DNA of 60,000 bases, from the NCBI GenBank assembly GCA_038087875.1, contig CM075987.1, positions 20,648,001-20,708,000 of the forward strand, read 5' to 3'. Source of the DNA: Malacoraja senta (Eukaryota). The stretch's first letter is position 1. Every line of letters begins with the position of its first letter. The translations under genes were made by a program, and so were the position numbers. Shown one piece after another: positions 49,456 through 60,000 of the stretch. A model generated the notes under the pieces. It searched no databases. It saw only the letters and a program-made list of their open reading frames with translations, and was not told the DNA's origin.

Positions 49456-51341
49456 ACATAGAACTATGTGAACGGGTGATCAACGGTCGGCGTGGATTTG
49501 GTGGGCCTGTTTCCATGCTGTATCGCTATATTAAACTAGAGGTAGAAGCAGCTCAGATTCCAATATATAATATAACATTTACGCAGCTGATGGAAGAATG
49601 CTGAGCCTCTCAAAGTTCAATCTTCCTTTTGGAAGCCCTGTTGAAATTGGAGTGATGCTGAAGCACTGGAAATAGCCAGAGCAACCGTGAGCTGCTGCGT
49701 AGCACCTCAAGTTCAACGCTGACTGCCCTTTGGACACTCTTGACAAAATACTACATCAGTAATAATCATTCCAGCATCAAAACATTTACAATGACTGATT
49801 CAAGGCCAAGAAAATATCTATTACATCAGCTCTTGTTTCTCTGTGCAGGATTCCTTTGAGGAATGTTGGTATAGTCACAGGAACCCCTTAGAAACACTGA
49901 CAAACATTCAGGCATCCCATTCTGACAGCCTCAAACAACACTCTCCCCCAACCCCAATAAGTATGTGTACAGGAAAATCTGTAAATACTGAGATCCTTTC
50001 AGGGACCACTGTGGATAATGACAGGGGCTCCAGGACTTTTCATGAATTTTGACACATTCTGAGAATACCTGCAAACATTTGGGGAGATGCAGTAGATAGT
50101 CCCAGCTACACCCGTGGTATATGAAGGGAATGACACCAATCATGCCAGATAATGTAACCAGGATATATCTCAACCAGATTATTGAGGAGCTGACTATTGC
50201 TCAGTGGATGGGATTCTCATCTCAGAGGCAGCTGATATAACTAATGTCTCTGGCACATTGTTTAAGGATATTAGTATACAATATTATCTGTTTTTGAAGT
50301 ACTGTTTGTTGAATTTAATGTCACATTTGAGTGCTACACAGCTTCAACCAGGCAGGCGAAACTTGAAGACAGGAAGTGTGTCACTCTTTGCAGAAGATTT
50401 AATCTATGATTTGCCACAGCATTAATATGTCTGATCTAACGTAATAATTCATTTCAATTAGCCAAATTGACTTTGGCTCTTTTCTGCCACATTTAATGGA
50501 ATATTGTCTTGGTGCCGAGTCAGTTTTGCCTCTGCAATTCAACTCACTGCTGGATGGACTGAAAATAATGGGAAGCACTCAGTAGCTTCTTATGTATCTT
50601 GTCTGGAAAATCACAGTACAGTGTTTGGCCTCTTCCTCACCATTCTGCTTCCTATCATTAGTTATCACCTTTCTTTAAATTGCTTTTCATTTTTCCTTCT
50701 AACTATATTTTAATTTCACTTCGAGCAGACGATATTACCCCTCAGAAGTTAGGATGGGTGTATGGTTAGGTGGGGAGATGTCCTAAAATGAGTTAATTAT
50801 TGTGGGAGGTTCCGCACTTTGATACATTTGACAACCAGGAACAGGTTATGTGTGGACTCTGTGAAGTTAATCAGGGAAGTGTACGGCACACATATTATAG
50901 CACTTATTTATTAACATGCATTGCTCATCGAGAAGCAGTGATTCTAAGCAGAACATCCACTGGCTCTGGTTCAATCAGATTCCGAATGTGTTACAGATAT
51001 AATTATTATCACCTTTCATGTGTGAGGTAATGTCAATGGCATATTGCTTGATAATATCAGCATACATAATCCTTCATTATTGAAGTGCTGTTTGTTGAAT
51101 TGCTTGTCACATCCAAGGACTTTAAATCAACTTCTTTCATGGTCTTAAAATAAAACAGTCCAGTAGTCTTGAGTTCAGATGATTAAGAGGCTGATTTCAT
51201 AGTTACTATTTTCTCCAAATTGGCACAAATTGAGAATATTTGCTTTGATATAATGTCCTGTCTTTGTTCAAATGTCACTGTATATCTTACAACTAACATG
51301 TGTTAAAGATGTGGCCCACGGACTAAAGTTATTACATAAAT

Positions 51342-51633
51342 AATAATAATGATAATGGATGGGATTTATATAGCGCCTTTCTAATACTCAAGGCGCTTTA
51401 CATCGCATTATTCATTCACTCCTCAGTCACACTCGGTGGTGGTGAGCTACTTCTGTAGCCACAGCTGCCCTGGGGCAGACTGACGGAAGCGTGGCTGCTA
51501 ATCTGCGCCTACGGCCCCTCCGACCACCACCAATCACTCACACACATTCACACACACGTTCACACGCAGGCAAAGGTGGGTGAAGTGTCTTGCCCAAGGA
51601 CACAACGACAGTATGCACTCCAAGCGGGATTCG
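51342..51633 (-). mobile_element. tRNA-derived CORE-like SINE with L2-type tail, 5'-truncated
   Basis: Minus strand reads cgaatccc...gtgtccttgggcaagacacttcacc...tgtaaagcgcc...gcgctatataaat(tta)n. Confidence 0.75.
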
Positions 51634-52699
51634 CTAAATGTAGAGCAAATAAACAAGCCATTGAGCCCAACTCGTCCAAGGTCTACAGCTTTCTCACATC
51701 TTACTTTATCTTATCCTGTCAATATATTCTTCTACTCCATTTCCTCCCACCTAAATTAGTAAGCTTCCCCTTAAAGCCCTCTATGTCATTGGCCTCTACT
51801 GCTTTGTGTTGTGCTGTGCTCCATTCTCATCACCCTCTGGATTAAAATAAAACTATTCTCCCAAATTCCCGTCAGAATTTACTTTCCATTTGCAGGCGCT
51901 TCATTTAGAGAAGATTTGGGGAGCAGATCAATCACCTGAAATAGTGAGATATCACAGCAACTTTCAAATCATATATGCCAGGCTTAAGCTGCTACTGTTG
52001 GTTCTTTTGCAAGGTTCAGTACATTGACAACATGTATGGTTGATCCTGTTTATTAATTAAACCCACTCAACCCATTTCACTCAAAATGAGGGGAGCTATC
52101 AAATTAGCCAAATTCCTCTTGAAATAGAATCCACATCCATACATAACTCAATGCAAACATGGCTAATCCAAGGGAAATGCATCCAATTGATCATGTAGAG
52201 GTTTAGACCAGATCTTGGTAGTGGGGAGAAGGGAGAATGAGTTAACGACTGTTACTAATCTTACGCAGTGTGCTTAATGGGGCAAAAAGATTTAACCTTC
52301 ATCCTGTGTTCTTACAAACGTTTGCAGGAAATTGGTTGGCTGATTATATTTGGCTGTTATTCTGTCAGCTATCTTCATCACGTCACAATTTATTTAAAAG
52401 AATATTCTTATCATGTGAACATCTTACACATTTTAAATTTAATTTTAATTTGAAGAAAATTGTCATTTACATCCCCAAACTCTCCAAAATCAATGTAATT
52501 GAAACTCAGTCTGCATATCTGTTATTGAGCCCATTGTCATTTTAACCTACAAGTTAAACTCAGGATGCTTTCAATTCACTATTCTGGGCTGAACTTGATG
52601 TACGAGTCATAGCTCAATGGGTTAGCATGCTTGGCTCCGAGTCTGGTCAGTAATGTGTTGAAACCATTCTTGTGACTTGAACAAAGAATGCCTTATGTT

Positions 52700-54780
52700 G
52701 TAGCCACTGCGGACATGATCCAGCACCTCATCAACTTTGAACAACTGGCACCAGGTTACTATTCATGTCCAATTGTAACAACAAGCCTGTAAAGACCCTT
52801 CAAGTTGACCACTGCACAGCCCTTATAAAGACAAGTTCTGCTGTTTGGCTAAATGGAATAGACCAAGTACAGATTAGGCAGCTCAAACTGAACATCCATG
52901 TAAACAGTGGACCACCACCATAATCTATAGCCTGGTGACCCAGCACACCTTTCATTCTACATTACTATTAAGTAGTGGGATCAATTGTGGTTCACTGAGG
53001 AGAGCAATAGGACATGCTAGGGATATCAAAAACGGAGATGCCAACCAGTAACATGGGGGTGATGCATGGTGAATCTGATGCAAAAAATAGTGCTAAGTGA
53101 TCTCATAATTAGCAGATGAGATCAAAGTTCTGGATTTCTGGCACATTTAGTTGTGAATGATTGCAGACAGTTAAACAGCTAACAGGAGGTGCTGGATCTA
53201 AGAGCTTTTTCATTCTTAATAATGCCAGGGTCCAAGATAGGAGTACAAAAGATAAGGCAGAAGCATTTGCAGTCATATTCAGCCAATACATTACACTTTA
53301 AATGATCTAATCCACTAGATATGGCAAACTGCATGGGAGCAGATCATTTTCTAGCTGCAGCGCCAAAGTCATGTGCTGGAGGACGAGCCTTGCTTTTAAG
53401 CCAGGTTGTTGAAGTACAGTCTACTCAACAACATGTAAAGCTGCCCAAACACACACACTTCACAAAAATGTCACTAATTGCTATCCATCAATCGCTCTGT
53501 CATTGAACTGATAGAAGATATCAACAACCATACACATCACATGGCGCCTATTCACCAATAACTTGCTCACCAACGTCCAATTAAGGTTTCTTTGGAACCA
53601 CATCTCCAGATCTCAACACAGCCATGGTTCCAAAAGAGTTGAATTACAGAGGTGATGCCAAGTTAGCATTGGACTGAGAAGCCCTGGTAAAATTGAAGTC
53701 AACGGTCATATTGGTGAAAAGACTCCACTGGTCAGAGTCATATTTACACAAGGATAGTTGTTGACGTCCATCATTCCAGCCCAGGTCAGTCTGCAGGAGA
53801 TTCTCAGGGAAGCTTCCTAAGCCCAATCGTCTTTAGCTATTTCATGACCCGAAACGTCACCCATTCCTTCGCTCCATAGATGCTGCCTCACCCGCTGAGT
53901 TTCTCCAGCTTCTTGTCTACCTTCTTTCCACCGTTAGATCACTGAGAGAGGGTGGGGTGGGAGATGTTGCTGATAACTCCATTATCATCACCTCAACAAA
54001 TGAAGCAGATCACACTGGAGTGTAGCAAAACCTAGAAATATTCAGAAACGGGCAGATAAGGAACTGGTAGCATTTGTGCCACTAAAGTACAAACAAGAGA
54101 GAGTCGAACAAGCTACTCTTGATGGTAAATGGCAACATCACCACTGTCCCCCAACCATTGTGGATTGCCACTTACCCCCAAAAAATCACTGGACCAGCAC
54201 CACAACTACTCTGGCAAAAAAAGGTCAGATGCTGGATGTTTGTGCAGTGAGTGACTCATCTGATGAAACCCCCAAACCATTCAACTATATACAAATTATT
54301 ATTCAGAAGTGTGATGGAATACTCAACAGTTCAATGGTACTTTATTGTCATGTGTACCTATGAACAATGAAATTCTTTTTTTGAATACAGTTCAGAGACA
54401 ATCTTATTAAACATTGGACACATATATACATAGTATAGTATATTATGTATATAATATACTATACTATGTATAAGAGTATAAGATAGTGCCTCCAGTTGGA
54501 TGAATGCAGCTGCAATCACATCGATGCATATCTCCACTACATCCAGGAAAAAGCAGCCTATTTTAATTAGTACCTCATCCATCATCCCATACTTTTATTC
54601 CTTCCACCACCAGCAACATGGTTGCAGTTTGTTCTAACTCTAAAAGGCACTGCAGTTACCCCACAAGGCCCACACCCATAAGCTCCACCATCAGGGAGGT
54701 GAAGGGCTTCTGAAGGATGGCTAGTGTAAGTTCTCCTCCAAGTCATACACCCCCCCGACTTGGAGACACATTGCGGTTCA
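52700..54780 (+). mobile_element. Old, heavily decayed CR1/L2-group LINE with younger inserts
   Basis: Degenerate KDKAEAFA (53249) and a PQGS.L.P-like segment (~53800); pLTR insert at ~53845-53923. Confidence 0.5.
54425..54472. repeat. Perfect 22-bp AT-rich inverted repeat with 4-nt loop
   Basis: tatacatagtatagtatattat-gtat-ataatatactatactatgtata. Confidence 0.9.
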
Positions 54781-55808
54781 GGCTATAATTAATGTTGTGG
54801 GCTGATGCTTAATGCAGTTTACTTTTCTGGGCCGAGCGATGAGTAAAAACCTGGTCTCTAAAAGTAACAGAACAGCAAAGAGCTGCGGTGTCTCCTCACA
54901 TCATGAAGTAAACACATTAAAGGTCTGTCTCTCTGTAGCGTTGCCAAGCCCATGAGCTTTGGTGCTTTACTTTCAGTAACAGATGGTTTTATTTTTAAAA
55001 TAAAAGTTTCAATGGAGAAAATATGCATCATCAGGAGCACCACAATACTGTATTTAAAGGATTCCATAATTATAATGGCATCTATTTAATTAAGGTTTTG
55101 TTTAGTGGCATATTTAAAAATCATGAAGTCAAGCATTATGACGGCACAGAGAAAGAATTATGACAATTCAGAATGTCGCAGAGTGCTTGAAACCAATGAA
55201 ATACTTTAGAAAAGTAGTCAGTGTTTTAAAACATGACATACAACAGTTATGGACAGAGAGTGGAGGTTATGTAACCAACCCTAAACTCTGACAGAACGTC
55301 AGACAGTTTACTAACATTCTAGGTCAGAATAGTTTGTTTCTGGGAGGATGCTAAACAAGGAAAGCTGGGCGTTTGTTAGAGTAGAAAGTCCAGCCAATGA
55401 AAAACTTATCTGGGTACTTTAGATATCACAGCTGCCTTCCTTCATTCATTTAATTTACTTTATTTGTGTAATTCTCCTTCTGGAGGCAGTTAAGAATACT
55501 ATTGGACATGAGAAAGAGCTTTTCAGCAAGACTATCACCGTACTGATACTTTTAAAGATATTACAAGCATTAACTTGATAGTAAATACATAGGATACATA
55601 CTATGTGGAGACCCTTTGTTCTTTGCTTCTGTTCTTTATATACTTTTGCAGCCCACAACCATAATATTATGTAACCTGTGAAACGGAATTCGTTAAACAC
55701 ATCCAAGAAATGCTTCCATTGTCTTCTTAGCAGTTTAACAACAGCACAGCCTGATTTTCCTTGCAGTTAATCTGTTTATGTTTGGAGAGGTTTAGGTCTA
55801 CAGAAACA

Positions 55809-55947
55809 TCTTCAGACTGAAGAAGGGTCTCGACCCAAAACATTACCCATTCCTTCTCTCCAGAGATGCTGCCGGACCCGCTGAGTTACTCCAGCATTTT
55901 GTGTCTACATTCGATTTAAACCAGCATCTGCAGTTCTTTCCAACACA
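55809..55947 (+). mobile_element. Penelope pLTR-derived short insert
   Basis: Begins tcttcagactgaagaagggtctcgaccc, a small fold-back at the core. Confidence 0.8.
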
Positions 55948-56204
55948 TACTATGTTTAGAATATGTCCTGTTAGGCAGGGGTGGTCGTTTGATTTCATTG
56001 GAATGATGGATTGTTGATGAGTGTGTTAGTCATCTTGAACCAGGGAGGGGATTGTATATTCTGTTTAATTGTTCTTAATAATTATTTTACATCTATTTTA
56101 TAATTTATTTTTAATCATAAAAGGAGCTGAGAATAGATTTCTAATGATTAAGAAAACATTATAAATATGACCTAACTTTAAGGCTATTTCTCTCAAAACA
56201 ACAG

Positions 56205-56757
56205 GTCCAGTTGGGAACTGCCAGATCTCAGAGATGGAAAAATTAGTGCAATAAGTGACTCAGATGGAGTGAATTATCCTTGGTACGGTAACACCACTGA
56301 AACCCACACAATCGTGGGCCCCACCAGAAGGGAGGTCCGCTTTACTGTCAGCATGAATGACAACTTCTACCCGAGTGTCACCTGGGCCATCCCTGTCAGC
56401 AAGTCCAACATACCACAACTATCCAGTATTAAGAGAGACCAAAACTTCACCACGTGGCTGGTGGCCTCCAATCAAGAGACTGGTGAGATTATTGTTTTGC
56501 AAACAATCAAATGGAGGATGAAGCTTCACATTGCAGTGGATCCGAGTAAAAACCTTGGGGAGCGTGCAGTGCTGATGGAGCCGATTAATCAAGAATGTCC
56601 TGTGATTCTCAACAAGAATGAGCTAATTGCACCCAATGTGCTGAAGAAACCCAATGCAAATGACGCTCAGGTGCTGATGTGGCGGCCGACATTTGGAGAT
56701 CCGCAGGTAGTCATCCCTCCAAAGAACCGAATAGAACAATCACGAGCAATGTGTTGA
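56205..56757 (+). CDS. FAM78A: FAM78 family protein, last coding exon (FAM78A by synteny)
   Basis: Acceptor acag|G at 56204/56205, then SSWELPDLRDGKISAISDSDGVNYPWYGNTTET...SMNDNFYPSVTWA...KPNANDAQVLMWRP...VVIPPK; stop TGA ending at 56757. The family is clear; the paralog is less certain. Confidence 0.9.
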
Positions 56758-59149
56758 TGCTCCTAAGACACAACATTGGGTCTTCAAAACCAACATGTGC
56801 ACTAATCATGCAAGCATTGCTCCACCTTGAACCACTATGGTGGGGAAGACATCACTGTGCTGAAATCTGATTCGTTTGCTAAGCTAAAGGCCATTACACT
56901 GTGGGATCATCTCATTTTAAAGACTTTAGCTTTGGCTTCTGGTCCTCTGCTGAAGCATCGCACAAGTCAAAGAAGTTTTATTGAATGTCAGTCAAAACTG
57001 GAATGCAATTGCACATGAACAATTTTTGCAAAATGTTGTTTTTATACAAGAAAAAAAATCTATCTCTTAACCATGCTGCCTTAAGTTAGCAAAAGCATCT
57101 CATTGCAAATATTTGCCTTAAAAGAACTTCACCATGAATATAAACGGAATGTTGTTTCATTATGACTGCAATATGCAATTGTAAACAAGCCTGCTCATGA
57201 TCTGTGAATAATGTTTCTTCACACATAACCCTGAACACTTCATTTTGTGGAAAGATCCTAAAAATAAATTTTCAAGTGGAATCTAATCAACTAACTCCAA
57301 ATATATTTATTGATAGTCAAGCATTTGAATGCAAACTAACCGTTTCCAGAATAGGGCAATTTCAAGTAATGGTCAAGATGGAACAAAATGAAGTAGACCA
57401 CAATATTCCAATGTCCAAGGTCATAAGAACCACCAATATCAACATCAAGTAGTTTACTGAGGTGTTTTATACTATATTTTCAAGATGCATGAAGAATACT
57501 TCAGAGATAATACAGATCCAATGCATATTGTAAATCTGGTACCGTGAGGAAATGAATTGAGATCTACAAGATGAATGGGGTTCTTCCTATCCAGTGTTAA
57601 TGTTACTGGACAAGACGTGGAAGACTACACCTTCCAACAGTAGGCAGAGTAAATATAACAACAGTTCCCACATGCTTACCACAAGGGTTATTACAGGTCT
57701 TCATGTAAATGATTGCCCTCCTCCACAACTCCCATCTTCATAGAATTATAAAGAATTTACATCACAGAATGCCATTTGGGCCTGTTTGGTTTGTGCTTTT
57801 GTTGAAGCCTCCTCCTGTGGTACTTTATCCAACCCCATTAAAATACCCCTCTATTTCTTGCAGCCTTGTGTGCTTTTCTAGCTTATCCTAACATCAATCA
57901 TTGCTGATCACTCACTCCAAGAGATAGTGAACTTCACATTCTCCCCATTCTGGAGAATAAAGCATCTCTCCTGAATACTGCATTAGATTTATTAGCGACA
58001 ATTTTATGTTCATTGCTTGTAGTTTTGGACCAACCCACATCACAAGTGAAACAACATCCCCACAGTGATTGTTATTACAATTTGAGCCATTTCTTGGCTT
58101 ACATTTCACAGACTAGCCTGAGAAGAGGGTATCAGGAGAGAATTTATAGTCCACATATGCCAGGGATGAGATGGTCATTGTGAAAGGGTTGGATGCAATG
58201 GGTAAGACAATCAGGGTAGTTGTTTTGAAATGGTATCCTCCACGTCAGACTGAGGTGTTGATGATAATTAAGTGCATCCAGATTTTGCGACTCTTGATCA
58301 TGAAAGACAACAGTGTTATGGGCAATCAATCTTTAAGCCTGCAATGTAATTTATTGAATATTCCTTGGCTGTAAAGTTTTTAGAAATGATTTAAACTTGA
58401 TGATGTTGCCATTATTGTGAAACATTGCAACATTTGCACCGTGACAACTGAATCTAGAATGGATTTGTTTTCTGCTCAAGCTGTGAATACTCCATAAGAA
58501 AGATTTTTGGAGGAAAAAAATGTAAAAAGTGAAACCGCAAGTACTAGTCGTTTTCATTGTTCTTTACTTTGGAGCAATTACCTGACCATAACTGAGCCAC
58601 TGTATCAGGTGTTTATGTAGTCCCTCTAATATTATAAGCTGTCCAAAGGCTACTCATAGCAGTTATCAAACCAAATGACACTGCAACACAATGAAAAGCT
58701 TGGTCAATAGGATTGGTTTTTAAGTTTTTTTTTAAAAAGAAGCAAGATCATGAAGTTGAGAGAGGAAACACTTGAACTTGGTCTTAGAGGCTGAATAATG
58801 AAGCAATGAATTAGGGATGTTCATGAAATTGAGGAAGTACAGAAATTTGAGGGCTACACAACCGGAGGTGGTTGCAAAAATAGGTAAAGGGCAAGAATGC
58901 AGAAAAGTTTGAAATGAAGAGGGAGAAATTTACAATTAAAACTTTGTTGGACTAAATGCCAATCTAAGTCAGCAGCAGAGGGGCTCATAATTAAATCGTT
59001 CTGGATAAAAATCAAGACAAGATGATCTCCAATTAACGAAGAGTGCTAGGTGATCTGCATGAAAATAAGCAATATAAGGACTTCAGCTGCAGATTAGCTG
59101 AAGAAAGGACTGGGACAGACAAGGTTACACAGTGTAGGTGATATAGAGA

Positions 59150-59548
59150 ATTTAGAATTTAGAATGCCATTTATTGTCATTTAACACCAAGGTTCAACGA
59201 AATTTTGTTCCTGCAGTCATAACAGCAACAAAACCCCCCCACACAATTCCACACAAACATCCATCACAGTGAATCTCCAAACACCTCCTCACTGTGATGG
59301 AAGGCAAAAGTCTTATCTCTTCCCTGTTCTCTGTTCTTTATTCTTCTCCCGCAGTCAAGCAGTCAAACTGCTGCATCGAGCTGATCGAGGCTCTTGATGT
59401 TGGAGCCCCCATTCAGGCCGCGCCAGGCGATGCAAGGCCGCGCTCCGGGTCTTGATGTTGGAGCCCCCGGTAGCGCCAGCAAGTCCAGCGGCCATTTAAA
59501 GCCGCGCCGGGCGATGTTAGACCCCGCTACAGGCCATCCTCAACCCCG
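59150..59548 (-). mobile_element. Short element with GC-rich head and Rex1-like tail
   Basis: (agaattt)n plus tttattgtcatt tail; internal duplicate tcttgatgttggagccccc; possible TSD gagaat. Confidence 0.5.
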
Positions 59549-60000
59549 AGAATATGGATTAGGTACAGTAAATATGAGATCAGATCACTTGAAATGGCCT
59601 TATACCTTTCTGGCATCTTAAACATAAACACACATTCTAATTTGTGACTAAGTTACAAACTAACATCTTTTTTTTCCCCATCCACTTAAATTATCAGATT
59701 CTTCTTCATTCCTCTCCAAACTAACAATGTAATTTAAGTTCCTATACTTGCATAATAGCTAGAGCTCAGAAAGCTGTGGGTTTATGTTTATTCTGGAATC
59801 TCGAGTACGCTAACTAGCTGAAACCAGAATGAAAACCGATGAATCGCTGCATAGTTGCAGGTGTTAATCGATGTAACAAGCATTTTCAGGTGGACATTAA
59901 AGATTCCAGTACTCTATTGAAGTGCATGGAAAGTTTTCAGATCAACATTCAAACTTCAAACAACATAAAGATAGTCAACAGTTTATTTTATTCCACCTCT

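Larger units (their letters stand above)
49230..49538 (+). mobile_element. V-SINE 3' part, interrupted by the HDV-ribozyme element
   Basis: The gtgggataacatagaactagtgtgaa motif is split by the insertion. Confidence 0.75.

Noticed and set aside
57263..57268. AATAAA as the FAM78 poly(A) signal
   Set aside because: Plausible, but a single hexamer in AT-rich DNA cannot be supported without transcript data

Overview
Eukaryotic, repeat-rich vertebrate DNA. The repeat set (CR1, Neptune-like Penelope, V-SINE/HE1-like, Rex1-like, fish-type L1) points to a cartilaginous fish, probably a skate or ray (inference). Only two host coding exons are recognisable, and they are divergently oriented: the first coding exon of PLPP7 (NET39/PPAPDC3; minus, 28326-28767) and the last coding exon of a FAM78 gene (plus, 56205-56757). 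This matches the PLPP7-FAM78A neighbourhood in human. I did not find PLPP7 exon 2 or FAM78 exon 1; a 200-N gap lies at 41289-41488. The rest is intronic or intergenic and full of mobile elements. The most interesting signals are ribozyme-bearing retroelements. (i) A ~140-bp short element (2 copies, both with TSDs) whose first 54 nt fold into a minimal HDV-like ribozyme starting exactly at the element's 5' end. (ii) Many Penelope terminal-repeat derivatives carrying a hammerhead-like core, inserted as 89-124-bp solo units or as fold-back palindromes with 10-15-bp TSDs. Also present: an in-frame CR1 ORF1-ORF2 fusion ORF, an L1 fragment flanked by an 81-bp duplication, P/hAT-like and PIF/Harbinger-like MITEs, and a decayed ~19-bp minisatellite. 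All calls are by eye; no searches or folding programs were run, and repeat boundaries without TSDs are approximate.
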